Source: Pseudonocardia sp. (GTDB taxonomy: Bacteria > Actinomycetota > Actinomycetes > Mycobacteriales > Pseudonocardiaceae). From it: 64,000 nt of DNA. A program made the position numbers and the translations under genes. The stretch lies in the NCBI RefSeq assembly GCF_036402515.1, contig NZ_DASWST010000247.1, one strand, 5' to 3'. Positions 37,110 through 46,853 of this stretch are shown piece by piece. The notes beneath the pieces are model-generated. The model made no database searches. It was not told the DNA's origin and saw nothing but the letters and a program-made list of their open reading frames with translations. The stretch's first letter is position 1. Every line of letters starts with the position of its first letter.

Positions 37110-38474
37110 TCAGCGCTTGTCGACCACCCACTGGGTCACCGGCATGGCCGGGCGCCACCCGGTGAACCCGCCGACCGGCGCGGCCCGCTGCACCTGCAGC
37201 CTGGTCAGCGAGCCGCCGTGCCGCTGGTACCAGGTGGCCAGCAGCGCCTCGGCTTCCAGGGTGACCGCGTTCGCCACCAGCCGCCCACCCTCGCTCAGCG
37301 CGGCCCAGCAGGCGGGCAGCACCCCGTCGGCGGTCACCCCGCCGCCGAGGAACACCGCCGCCGGCGGGTCCAGCTCGGCCAGGGCCTCCGGTGCCGCGCC
37401 GAGGACCACCCGCAGCGCGGGCACCCCCAACGCGGCGGCGTTGCGGCCGATCCGCTCCGCCCGCGCCGGGTCCCGCTCGACCGCGATCGCCGCGCAGCTC
37501 TCCTCGGCGCGCAACCACTCGATGCCGATGCTGCCCGATCCGGCGCCCACATCCCAGAGCAGTTGGCCGGGCAGCGGCGCCAGGCGGGCCAGCGTGATCG
37601 CCCGGATCTCCCGCTTGGTGAGCTGGCCGTCGTGGTCGAACGCGTCGTCCGGCAGCCCCGGCACCCGGGACAGCGCGACGGTTCCCCGATCGGCCAGACA
37701 GTGCACCGCCACCACCGCGAGCGGGTCGCCGGGCGGCTGGTCCCAGTCACCGGCCCGCCCGGTCCGGATGCGCTCGGCCGGGCCACCCAGCTGCTCGAGC
37801 ACGGTGAGCTCACTGCCGCGGTAGCCCAGCTCGGCGAGCAGCTCGGCGACCTTGGCCGGGCCGGTGGCGTCCGGGGTGAGCACCAGCACACGCCGGCCAG
37901 GGGCGACCCAACCACGCAGCCGGTCCAGCGGCCGGCCCACCGCGCTCAGCACGGTCACCTCCGGCACCGCCCAGCGCATTCGGGCGCAGGCCAGCGAGAC
38001 CGAGGACGGGTGCGGGTGCACCTCGATCCGCTCCGGCCCGAGCACCCGGGACAGCGTGGAGCCCAACCCGAAGAACATCGGGTCGCCGCTGGCCAGCGCG
38101 CACACCCGGCGCCCGGCCAGCCGTTCGAACAGGGCCGGCAGCGCCGGTACCAGCGGGCTGGGCCACTCCACCAGCTCGGCCACCAGCCGCCCGTCAGACT
38201 CGGCCTCGAACCGCCCGTCAGACAGCCCAGCCAGGTGCCCGGCGGCCCGGTCCTTGTCCGCCGAAACCTTGTCCACCGAACCCCTGTCCGCCGAAACCTT
38301 GTCGGGCGAGACATCGGCCGGCGGGAACTCGGTGAGCAGCTCCAGCTGCCGCCGGCTGCCCAGCACCACCTCGGCACCCGAGACCGCGCGGCGGGCCGCC
38401 GGGGAGAGCCCGGGCCAGCCGTCCGCGCCGATGCCCACCACGGCTACCGGCGACCCGGGTGCTTTCGCTGTCAT
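37110..38474 (-). CDS. cobL: Precorrin-6Y C5,15-methyltransferase (decarboxylating), CbiE-CbiT fusion
   Basis: VVGIGADG, LASGDPMFFG, GQLTKREIR, WDVGAGSGSIGIE, NAVTLE. Confidence 0.93.
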   Translation of the reverse strand: MTAKAPGSPVAVVGIGADGWPGLSPAARRAVSGAEVVLGSRRQLELLTEFPPADVSPDKVSADRGSVDKVSADKDRAAGHLAGLSDGRFEAESDGRLVAELVEWPSPLVPALPALFERLAGRRVCALASGDPMFFGLGSTLSRVLGPERIEVHPHPSSVSLACARMRWAVPEVTVLSAVGRPLDRLRGWVAPGRRVLVLTPDATGPAKVAELLAELGYRGSELTVLEQLGGPAERIRTGRAGDWDQPPGDPLAVVAVHCLADRGTVALSRVPGLPDDAFDHDGQLTKREIRAITLARLAPLPGQLLWDVGAGSGSIGIEWLRAEESCAAIAVERDPARAERIGRNAAALGVPALRVVLGAAPEALAELDPPAAVFLGGGVTADGVLPACWAALSEGGRLVANAVTLEAEALLATWYQRHGGSLTRLQVQRAAPVGGFTGWRPAMPVTQWVVDKR

Positions 38475-38489
38475 CCGGGGATGGTGACA

Positions 38490-39245
38490 TCAGGCGGCGT
38501 GCCGCCGCGCACTCGGCTTCAGATCCTGGTCGCCGTCCGAGCGGGACGGCCCGTGGCGAACGACATCACCGACGCGGTCCGCGCCGCCGAGGAGCCCAGC
38601 GGGGACCGGCTCGCCCAGCACGTCCGGCGCCCCAGTCGGCCGATGCGCGACCACCCGGGCCAGCCCAAGCAGCGCGAACAACCCGACCACCACGAGCGCG
38701 TGCGACAGCAGCCGCGACCCCTCCACCCGATGCAACACCAGATCGACCGCGCTGAGCGCGGTGAGCACCCCGACGAACGCGCCGACCAGCGGCACCATCC
38801 CCCTGGTCCGGGTGGGTCGCGCGGCCACGCACAGAAAGCCCACCGCCAGCGCCAGGTTCCAGGCCGAGCTCTCGTGCGAGAAGTGCGTCAGCGACGCACC
38901 GCTCATCGCGTCGCCGCCGTGGTGCCCCCCGGCCGCCGCGAGCACATCGCTGGTGGCCAACCCCAGCTGCCCGACCCCGATCCCGGCCAGCAGCACCCGC
39001 AACGCGGTCTCCCAGCGCACTCTGGCCGGCGGCCCGGGCACCGCATGGCGCACCGCCGCGACCAGATCAGGTACCGGCTCCACCAGCGAGGTCCTGGCCA
39101 GCCTGGTGACCTGTGCGGCCCGCTCGCCGTAGCGCCGGCAATCCGGGCACCCAGCCAGGTGGGCGTCCACCTCCGCCTGCTCCTCGGGCAGTCCCTCGTC
39201 GTCCAGCCGCGCCGAGAGCGCCTCACGACAGTCCGCACACGTCAT
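38490..39245 (-). CDS. zf-HC2 (ZAS) membrane anti-sigma factor
   Basis: MTCADCREALSARLD...HLAGCPDC, then TM helices with His-rich loop (GGHHGG...HFSHES.AWN). Confidence 0.88.
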   Translation of the reverse strand: MTCADCREALSARLDDEGLPEEQAEVDAHLAGCPDCRRYGERAAQVTRLARTSLVEPVPDLVAAVRHAVPGPPARVRWETALRVLLAGIGVGQLGLATSDVLAAAGGHHGGDAMSGASLTHFSHESSAWNLALAVGFLCVAARPTRTRGMVPLVGAFVGVLTALSAVDLVLHRVEGSRLLSHALVVVGLFALLGLARVVAHRPTGAPDVLGEPVPAGLLGGADRVGDVVRHGPSRSDGDQDLKPSARRHAA

Positions 39246-39253
39246 AACTGAGA

Positions 39254-39282
39254 TAGTCGTCGTGCTTGGCCGGCCGGTTCCC
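39254..39282 (-). promoter_or_regulatory. ECF (SigC-type) promoter GGGAAC-N17-CGACTA upstream of the anti-sigma gene
   Basis: Minus strand GGGAAC (39282-39277), 17-nt spacer, CGACTA (39259-39254), 8 nt before ATG. Confidence 0.7.
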
Positions 39283-39318
39283 CGACAGTGCCGAACGGGG
39301 CATAGGTAGGCTCGCGCC

Positions 39319-39903
39319 GTGACCGGCGGCTCCCGCGATGACGAGATCACCCGAGCGGCGCTGGCCGGCGCCCGGGGCGACGCCGAGGCCACCGTCGCGT
39401 TCATCCGGGCCACCCAGCGGGACGTGCACCGGTTCCTGGCCAGCCTGGTCGGCGCCCGCGAAGCGGACGACCTGGCGCAGGAGACCTACCTGCGGGCACT
39501 GCGCTCGCTGCCCGGGTTCGCCGGCCGATCCTCCGGCCGCACCTGGCTGTTGTCGATCGCCCGGCGCACCGCCGCCGACCACGTTCGCGGTGTGGTCCGC
39601 CGGCCCCGCGCCGCCGCCGAGCCCGACTGGGACCTGCTTGCCGAGCGCATCCCGACGCTGCCCGGGGTGGACGAGCGGGTCCTGCTGCGCGAGCTGGTGC
39701 TGGCCCTGGACGCGGACCGCCGCGAGGCCTTCGTGCTCACCCAGATGCTGGATCTGAGCTACGCCGACGCCGCCGCGGTCTGCGGCTGCCCGGTGGGCAC
39801 CATCCGCTCCCGGGTCGCCAGGGCCAGGGCGGATCTGGTGGCCGCGCTGAACGCCGAAGGTCTGGCGGCGCACCCAACCGCGCCGCACCGAACCGCGCGA
39901 TAA
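39319..39903 (+). CDS. sigC: ECF sigma factor, SigC-like
   Basis: FIRATQRDV.RF, ADDLAQETYLRA, RTWLLSIARR, CGCPVGTIRSRVARAR; TAGGCT-N6-GTG. Confidence 0.8.
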   Translation: MTGGSRDDEITRAALAGARGDAEATVAFIRATQRDVHRFLASLVGAREADDLAQETYLRALRSLPGFAGRSSGRTWLLSIARRTAADHVRGVVRRPRAAAEPDWDLLAERIPTLPGVDERVLLRELVLALDADRREAFVLTQMLDLSYADAAAVCGCPVGTIRSRVARARADLVAALNAEGLAAHPTAPHRTAR

Positions 39904-40123
39904 CCCCTAGGAGGGTCCTGGACAATGCCGCTCGTCGCGAGCGGTGATCCAGTTGCATCGCATCGGGTCGTGTGAGGGGAGGGGCCGATACCGCTGTTGT
40001 ATCGGCGCCGACGACAACGCAGCGAGGCGCCGACTGGGCACCGCGCAGCAGAGCATGCATTGTTCAGGGCGCTCCTAGGCATGGCCCCGATGCGAAACGG
40101 TCGACGGCACACTCTAGTGGCGG

Positions 40124-41056
40124 CTACTCCGCCCAGGCCTGGTGCAGCGCGGTGACCATGTCGTCCAGGATGCTCGCGGCACTCGGCGTGGCGGCCAATG
40201 TCCAGAAGAACCCGTGCAGCATGCCGTCGAACCGCTTCGCGGTCACCGTCACGCCGGCCTCGGTGAGCCGGCGGGCGTAGGCCTCCCCCTCGTCGCGCAG
40301 CGGGTCGTACTCGCTGGTGGCCACGTACGCCGGCGGCAGGTCGATCAGGTTGTCCGCGCGCAACGGACACGCGTATGGGTCCTTGTCCAGGTCCTGGGCG
40401 CCCAGGTAGTGGGCCCAGAACCACAGCATGGAGGACTTGGTGAGCAGGTAGCCCTCGCGGTTCTCCCGGTAGGACTCGGTATCGAAGTCGAAGTTGGTGA
40501 CCGGATAGATGAGCAGCTGGGCAGCCAGACTCGGACCGGTCCGGTCCCGGGCCGCCAGCGCCACCGCGGCGGCCAGGTTCCCGCCCGCGCTGTCCCCGGC
40601 CACAGCCAACTTCCCCGGGTCACCACCGAGCTCGGCGGCGTGCTCGGCGACCCAGGCAGTCGCCGCGTAGCAGTCGTCGAAGGCGGCCGGATAGCGGTGT
40701 TCCGGGGCCAGCCGGTAGTCCACCGAGACCACGATCGCCCCGGCCGCCGAGGCCAGCTGCCGGCACGGCCGGTCCACCACGTCCAGGTCGCCGATCACCC
40801 ACCCGCCGCCGTGGAAGTACAGCACCACCGGCAGCGGGCCGGCCCCGACCGGGGTGTACACCCGGACCGGGATCTCCCCCGCCGGGCCGGGCACCGCGCG
40901 GTTCTGTACCGAGGCCACCTCCACCGGCTCGCCCTGCAGCGCGACGAATCCGGCGATCGCCGCCCGCGCGTTGGGCACCGTCATCTCCTCGGTGGGTGGC
41001 ACACCGAGCTCCTCGAGGGCAGTGAGCAACTGCTGGGCTTCCGGGTGGACGGGCAT
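40124..41056 (-). CDS. HSL-family esterase/lipase
   Basis: HGGGW, GDSAGG, DPLRDEG, HGF; RBS AGGAGG. Confidence 0.93.
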   Translation of the reverse strand: MPVHPEAQQLLTALEELGVPPTEEMTVPNARAAIAGFVALQGEPVEVASVQNRAVPGPAGEIPVRVYTPVGAGPLPVVLYFHGGGWVIGDLDVVDRPCRQLASAAGAIVVSVDYRLAPEHRYPAAFDDCYAATAWVAEHAAELGGDPGKLAVAGDSAGGNLAAAVALAARDRTGPSLAAQLLIYPVTNFDFDTESYRENREGYLLTKSSMLWFWAHYLGAQDLDKDPYACPLRADNLIDLPPAYVATSEYDPLRDEGEAYARRLTEAGVTVTAKRFDGMLHGFFWTLAATPSAASILDDMVTALHQAWAE

Positions 41057-41378
41057 CGGTGACCTCCTGGGCGGTAGTGCTTCGGACGTTATCCGGGCAC
41101 CGGTGAGTCCGCTCGCCGACCTGTCTCACCGGGGGGTCCAGACCCATTGCCGGCGGTACCCGAGGAGGTGAACTGCCGCCTCGAGCCGCGGCGGGCGCTT
41201 AGCGGACCGCAAATTTGGCTTGGCGGGCATGAAAGTCTACCGATATGCGGAAGACTAGTTGCGCAACGCCGAGACCCCGCTCGCGCTGTGTCCAATTGGG
41301 CGATATAACATCTGAGACAGTCCGTACCCAAGGCGGCACGCTGCGTAGAATGACCCGCCAGCAGCCTGAGGAGCTTCG

Positions 41379-42926
41379 TTGATCGCCCATTTCGACGCGC
41401 GTCCCGCTACTGAGCCGCCCGCGCCCCGAGAACGAGCCGCCACGGCGATCACCGACCACCCCTCTGTTGACCGGATCGGCACCGGAAAGCTGGCCGCGCG
41501 GGTGGCCCGCCAGATCGAGCAGGACGTGCTGCGCACCGGGTGGCCGGTGGGCAGGGTGCTTGGTTCGGAAACCGAGCTGCGGGAGCGCTACCAGGTCAGC
41601 CGCGCGGTGCTGCGGGAGGCCATCCGCCTGGTCGAGCACCACCAGGTCGCGTCCATGCGCCGGGGTCCGGCCGGCGGCCTGGTGGTGCGGGCACCCGACG
41701 CCGGCGCGGCGACCAGCGCCATGGTGGTCTACCTGGAGTTCGTCGGCACCTCCATCGATCACCTGATGACCGCCCGGCTGATGATCGAGCCGCTCGCCGC
41801 CGCGCTGGCCGCCGAACACATCAGCGAGGCCGGCATCATCACGCTGCGCGGCGCACTGGCCGACGAGATGGCCGCCGGCCCCAGCCGGGACAGCCACGTC
41901 CGCCACCAACTGCACCTCACCCTGGCCGAGCTCTCCGGCAACCCGGCGCTGCACCTGTTCGTCGATGTACTGCTCCGGCTGACCTGGCGCTACGCCCGTG
42001 ACCAGCTCACCCACTTACCCACGGACCCCCTGCACCCGGTACTGACCTCGTCGGACATCTCGCACGAGGCCATGGTGGAGGCGGTGGTGGCCGGCGACGG
42101 GCCACGCGCGCAGTACCTGGCCACCCAGCACCTGGAGATGATGAGCGAGTTCCTGCGCAGCTGGCGGCCCGAAACCCGCTACCGGCCGAGCTCGCTGTGG
42201 GCGATGCCCACCCCCGGCCACACCCAGGACCAGAAGCTGGCCGAGGTGGTGGCCCAGCGGCTGCTCGCCGAGATCACCGGTGGCGGCTGGGACGTCGGAT
42301 CGGTGATCGGCTCGGAGGCCGCGCTGCTGGACCGGTTCGAGGTGAGCCGGGCCGTGCTGCGCGAGGCGGTGCGGCTGCTGGAGTACCACTCGGTGGCCCG
42401 GATGCGCCGGGGGCCGGGCGGCGGGCTGGTGGTGGCCGAACCGGATCCGAGCGCGAGCATCGAGGCGATGGCCCTGTACCTGGACTTCCAGGGCATCGAG
42501 ATCGACCACCTGCGCGCGGTCCGGGAGGCGGTAGAGCTGGCCTGCCTGGACGGCGTCACGGACCGGATCGGGGAGCCGGACGTGGCTCGTCGGCTGCGCG
42601 CGGTGCTGCACGGCACCGAGGCGGACAACCCGTTCGGGGACAGCGCGCCCGAGCACCTTGGCCAGCTCTCCCACCTGTTGCACGTGGAGCTCGCCGAGCT
42701 GGCCGGGAACCCGGTGCTGGCGCTTTTCCTGCGGATCCTGATCACCCTGTGGGCGCGCCAGGGCGAGGTCGCGGTCACCGACGGCGCCGAGCCGCTACCC
42801 GAGACCGGCGGCGGCATCACCCGCGCGCACCAGGGCATCGTGGACGCGCTGCTGGTCGGGGACGGCGGGCTGGCCCGGCACCGGATGCGCCGGCACCTCG
42901 GCGTGCTCACCCAGTGGTGGCAGTGA
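41379..42926 (+). CDS. Tandem (duplicated) GntR/FadR regulator
   Basis: Two copies of KLA..VA...GSE..L..R..VSRAVLREA.RL.E.H.VA.MRRGP.GGL, each followed by an FCD domain. Confidence 0.9.
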   Translation: MIAHFDARPATEPPAPRERAATAITDHPSVDRIGTGKLAARVARQIEQDVLRTGWPVGRVLGSETELRERYQVSRAVLREAIRLVEHHQVASMRRGPAGGLVVRAPDAGAATSAMVVYLEFVGTSIDHLMTARLMIEPLAAALAAEHISEAGIITLRGALADEMAAGPSRDSHVRHQLHLTLAELSGNPALHLFVDVLLRLTWRYARDQLTHLPTDPLHPVLTSSDISHEAMVEAVVAGDGPRAQYLATQHLEMMSEFLRSWRPETRYRPSSLWAMPTPGHTQDQKLAEVVAQRLLAEITGGGWDVGSVIGSEAALLDRFEVSRAVLREAVRLLEYHSVARMRRGPGGGLVVAEPDPSASIEAMALYLDFQGIEIDHLRAVREAVELACLDGVTDRIGEPDVARRLRAVLHGTEADNPFGDSAPEHLGQLSHLLHVELAELAGNPVLALFLRILITLWARQGEVAVTDGAEPLPETGGGITRAHQGIVDALLVGDGGLARHRMRRHLGVLTQWWQ

Positions 42927-42937
42927 GCGCGCGCTAA

Positions 42938-44533
42938 CTAGGCCCGGTAGGCGTCCCTGAGCAGCCGCTTGTAAAGCTTCCCGTTCTCCTGGCGGGGCAG
43001 CGCGGCGGTGAAGTCCACGGTGCGCGGGCACTTGTAGTGGGCCAACCGGGCGCGGCAGTACTCGATCAGCTCGGCGGCCATCCGCTCGCTCCCCTGATCC
43101 GGGTCCACCAGCTGCACCACGGCCTTGACCTGCTCACCCATCTCCGGGTCGGGGACCCCGATCACCGCCACATCGGCCACCGAAGGGTGCATGACCAGCA
43201 CGTTCTCCGTCTCCTGCGGATAGATGTTCACCCCGCCCGAGATGATCATGTAGGAGAGCCGGTCGGTGAGGTAGAGGTACTCGTCAGGGTCCAGGTACCC
43301 CACGTCGCCGAGGGTGCTCCAGCCCAGCAGGTGGTAGCTGCCCCGCGTCTTGTCCGGGTCGTTGTGGTACTCGAACCGCCGACCGCCGGAGAAGTACACC
43401 GCGCCGGTTTGCCCCCGGCCCAGCTCTTCGCCGTCCTCCCCCACCACGTGCACCTGGCCCACCAGCGCCCGACCCACCGAACCGGGGTGGGCCAGCCAGT
43501 CCGGGGTGGAGATCAACGTCATCCCGTTGCCCTCGGTGCCCGCGTAGTACTCCCAGATGACCGGCCCCCACCACTCGATCATGGCGCGCTTCAGCTCCAC
43601 CGGGCAGGGTGCGGCGCCGTGCATCACCGAGCGCAGGCTGGACAGGTCGTATCCGGCCCGGACAGCCTCAGGCAGCCGGAGCAGCCGGACGAACATGGTC
43701 GGTACGAACTGGGCGTTGGTCACCCGGTAGCGATCGATCAGGGCGAGGGTCCGCTCGGCGTCGAAGCGGGACATCTCCACCACCGTGCCGCCCAGCCGGT
43801 GCACCGCCATGGTGAAACTCAGCGGCGCGGCGTGGTAGAGCGGGGCCGGGTTGAGATACACCGTGGAGCTGTCGTAACCCATCGCGGCGCAGGCTCGGTG
43901 GAGCCGGAACTCCCCGCCCACCGGCGCGCCGGACAGCGGCCGCTTGACCCCCTTGGGCCGGCCGGTGGTGCCGGACGAGTAGAGCATCGTCTCGCCCTCC
44001 CGCTCGTCGGTCAGCGGGATGTCCGGCACCGCGGCGAGCGCCTCGGCGTAGTCCTCGTGCCCGGCCAGCGCTCCGCCCACCACGAGGCGCCGTCGGATCT
44101 GAGGCGTCGCGGGCACGATCGCGGTGGCCAGCTCCTCCATCGCCACCGAGGTGACCAGCACCTGAGCCTCGCTGTCGTCGACCACGTAGCTGGCCTCGTC
44201 CGGGCTCAGCCGGGTGTTCACCGCCGTCACGTAGAGCCCGGAGCGGATCGCCGCCCAGCACACCTCGAACACCTCGGCGCGGTTCTCCATCAGTACCGCG
44301 ACGTGGTCACCGGTGCGCAGCCCGGCCGCGCGCAGCAACAGTGCGCAGCGCCGGGAGCGCTCGTCCAACTGGGCGTAGCTCAGCGTCTGGACCGGCCTGG
44401 ACTCGCCGTCGATCACGATGACCGCCGGCTTGTCCGGAGTGAGCCGCGCCCAGGTCGACGGGAAAGCCGGGCCGGCCACCGCCCCGTCCGCACTCGAACC
44501 TGCCTGAGCTACCTCCGAGGGCTCCAACGCCAT
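42938..44533 (-). CDS. Acyl-CoA synthetase (FadD4-like)
   Basis: MLYSSGTTGRPKG, YYAGTE, GDVG, ISGGVNIYP, NGKLYKR. Confidence 0.92.
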   Translation of the reverse strand: MALEPSEVAQAGSSADGAVAGPAFPSTWARLTPDKPAVIVIDGESRPVQTLSYAQLDERSRRCALLLRAAGLRTGDHVAVLMENRAEVFEVCWAAIRSGLYVTAVNTRLSPDEASYVVDDSEAQVLVTSVAMEELATAIVPATPQIRRRLVVGGALAGHEDYAEALAAVPDIPLTDEREGETMLYSSGTTGRPKGVKRPLSGAPVGGEFRLHRACAAMGYDSSTVYLNPAPLYHAAPLSFTMAVHRLGGTVVEMSRFDAERTLALIDRYRVTNAQFVPTMFVRLLRLPEAVRAGYDLSSLRSVMHGAAPCPVELKRAMIEWWGPVIWEYYAGTEGNGMTLISTPDWLAHPGSVGRALVGQVHVVGEDGEELGRGQTGAVYFSGGRRFEYHNDPDKTRGSYHLLGWSTLGDVGYLDPDEYLYLTDRLSYMIISGGVNIYPQETENVLVMHPSVADVAVIGVPDPEMGEQVKAVVQLVDPDQGSERMAAELIEYCRARLAHYKCPRTVDFTAALPRQENGKLYKRLLRDAYRA

Positions 44534-44615
44534 GCCCGGACGCTACCGCCGAGCGCGCAGCCCAGCCCAGTGATCACCTCCCGTCCACCGGCCGGATCTC
44601 AGCCAGCCAACTGGC

Positions 44616-45740
44616 TCAACCCGCCTCCTCGATGGCCACCTCCACCGGGCCGTCCCGCGCGGCGAACTCGGCGGCCGAGGCCGCCTCGTCCGACAGCTGC
44701 CCGGCCTGCTGGGCGGTGAGCGGCCGAAACGGCCGCACGGTGAGCCGGGCCTGGCCACGGCCTGGGCGGGACACGTCCCAGGTGCCCTGGACGAACCCGT
44801 CCACCAGCACGGTGCCCGGCACGATCCCGTTCTTGCTGAGCAGCCGCGCACGGTATTCCTCGGGCACCACCCTGGCCCGGTCGGCGTGCGCGAGCAGCGC
44901 GTTGTCGTACGGCGCGAGCAGCCGTACCGGGGCGGCGGTGTCGGCCGGCGGCAACGGCGCTCCCGGCACGTCGAACAGCTCCCGCCCGTGCTCGTCGGCG
45001 AACACTCGCAGCTGGGGGCGCAGCCGCTCCAGCACTGGGCGGACCGCCGTGCGCCCGGACCAGGTCGCCAGGTCGGCGGCGGTGGCCGGCCCGAACGCGG
45101 CGAGATAGCGAGGCACCAATCCGTCCGGGTCGGGATCCGGGTGCACCGGCTGGCCCAGCCAGGCCCGCACCGGGCTCAACCGAGCCAACCCGCCGACGCC
45201 CCAAATGCCCCGGGGCGGCACCTGCACGGTGGGCACCAGCGCGCGGACCGTGTAGCTGACCCACCCCGGGTCGTGGCCGGGCCAACGGGCGGCGCACAGC
45301 GCACGCAGCTCGGCGGGCGTGCGCGGGGCCTCGGTGAGCAGCTCGGCCCCGACGGCCAGCAGCTCGGCCACCGGCACGCCGGCCACCCGCTGCCCGTCGT
45401 AGTCGGTGTTGGTCCGCACCGCGCGCTCCATGGTGGGCTGCGCGAGCATCCGCAGGGCCAGACAGTCCGCCGAGGTGACCGCGTGCAGCGTGCCGCGCAT
45501 CATGGTCGCCCGCACCGCCGACCGCTCCCGCAGCAGCCCGGCCAGCTCGCCAGGCCGAAATCCAGCCAGCCGCGACCACAGCCCGAAGTACGGCGCATCC
45601 GGCGCCTGGGCCTGCAACCCGACCAGGTGCGTCAGCACATCGAGCGCGGGCCGGCGGACCCGTTCCAGCAGCAGCTGGCGGGCCAGTAACGCCCGGTTCA
45701 GCGCCCTGGTGCCGAGCACTTGTACCCCGGACGTGGACAT
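44616..45740 (-). CDS. HTH_42 / AlkZ-like DNA glycosylase family protein
   Basis: LNRA.LARQ.LL.R, GLQAQ (QxQ catalytic-type motif), MRGTLH, RYL.AFGPA...D...WSG, LL..YDN. Confidence 0.85.
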   Translation of the reverse strand: MSTSGVQVLGTRALNRALLARQLLLERVRRPALDVLTHLVGLQAQAPDAPYFGLWSRLAGFRPGELAGLLRERSAVRATMMRGTLHAVTSADCLALRMLAQPTMERAVRTNTDYDGQRVAGVPVAELLAVGAELLTEAPRTPAELRALCAARWPGHDPGWVSYTVRALVPTVQVPPRGIWGVGGLARLSPVRAWLGQPVHPDPDPDGLVPRYLAAFGPATAADLATWSGRTAVRPVLERLRPQLRVFADEHGRELFDVPGAPLPPADTAAPVRLLAPYDNALLAHADRARVVPEEYRARLLSKNGIVPGTVLVDGFVQGTWDVSRPGRGQARLTVRPFRPLTAQQAGQLSDEAASAAEFAARDGPVEVAIEEAG

Positions 45741-45750
45741 GGGCCAGAGT

Positions 45751-46842
45751 ATGGCGGTGCACCCTGACGGAACGGATTCTGCCGGAACCGAGGCGTTCGG
45801 CGGCCGGTTGCTGGAGCTGCTCACCGGTCACGCGCTCACCATGCTGATCAGCATCGGGTACCGCACCGGTCTGTTCGAGGCGACCGCGCTGGGCCCGGCC
45901 ACCAGCCTCGAACTGGCCGCGCGGGCCGGCCTGGACGAACGCTACGTGCGCGAATGGCTGGCCGCGATGGCGGCCGGCCGGATCATCAGCTACCACCCGG
46001 ACGCCGGCTGGTACGCCCTGCCCGCCGAACACGCCCCGCTGCTCACCGGCACCCGGGCCAGCAACATCGGGCCGGCCGCCGGCACCCTGCGCACCCTGGC
46101 GGCGGTGCTGCCCAGCGTGGAGCGCTGCTTCGCCGAGGGCGGCGGGGTGGCGTTCGCCGAGTTCGCCTCGGTGGCCGGCGCCGACCTGGGCGCGCAGTGG
46201 CGACCCATCTACGACGAGCACCTCGTCGACGGCTTTCTCGGCGCGGTGCCCGGCCTGCTCGACCGGCTGCGCACCGGCGCGCGGGTGCTGGACCTGGGCT
46301 GCGGCACGGGGCACGCGGTGAACCTGATGGCCCGCGCGTTTCCGGCCTCCCGGTTCGTCGGGCTCGACAACTCCGCGGACGCGCTCCGGCTGGCCGAGGC
46401 GGAACGCACCGGCAGCACGCCGGAACCGGAGAACGCCGAGTTCCAGCTGAGCGACGCCGCCGAGCTGCCGGCCCACCCGCCATTCGACGTGATCACCGCG
46501 TTCGACGCGGTGCACGACCAGCGTTCGCCGGGCCTGGTGCTGCGCCGGATCCACGACGCGCTGGCTCCGGGCGGGGTGTTCGTCATGGTGGACGGCAACT
46601 TCTCCAGCCGCCTGGAGCGCAATCTGGACAACCCGCACGCCGCGTTGAGCTACGCGGTCAGCCTGCTGTTCTGCCTGCCCACGTCACGCGCCGACGGGGC
46701 CGATGGGGCCGGGGGCCTCGGCGCGGTGTGGGGGCGGGAGTTGGCCACCGAGATGCTCACCGCCGCCGGGTTCCTGCACGTGCGGACCTACCCCTCACCG
46801 CGGCCGCAGAGCTGCATCTTCGTCTGCACCCGCGCCGGGTAG
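45751..46842 (+). CDS. Class I SAM-dependent methyltransferase with N-terminal wHTH (Rv2258c-like)
   Basis: ERYVREWL, VLDLGCGTG, AFDAVHD, GLGAVWG; GTG 45757 is an alternative start. Confidence 0.88.
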   Translation: MAVHPDGTDSAGTEAFGGRLLELLTGHALTMLISIGYRTGLFEATALGPATSLELAARAGLDERYVREWLAAMAAGRIISYHPDAGWYALPAEHAPLLTGTRASNIGPAAGTLRTLAAVLPSVERCFAEGGGVAFAEFASVAGADLGAQWRPIYDEHLVDGFLGAVPGLLDRLRTGARVLDLGCGTGHAVNLMARAFPASRFVGLDNSADALRLAEAERTGSTPEPENAEFQLSDAAELPAHPPFDVITAFDAVHDQRSPGLVLRRIHDALAPGGVFVMVDGNFSSRLERNLDNPHAALSYAVSLLFCLPTSRADGADGAGGLGAVWGRELATEMLTAAGFLHVRTYPSPRPQSCIFVCTRAG

Positions 46843-46853
46843 CGTCGGCCCCC

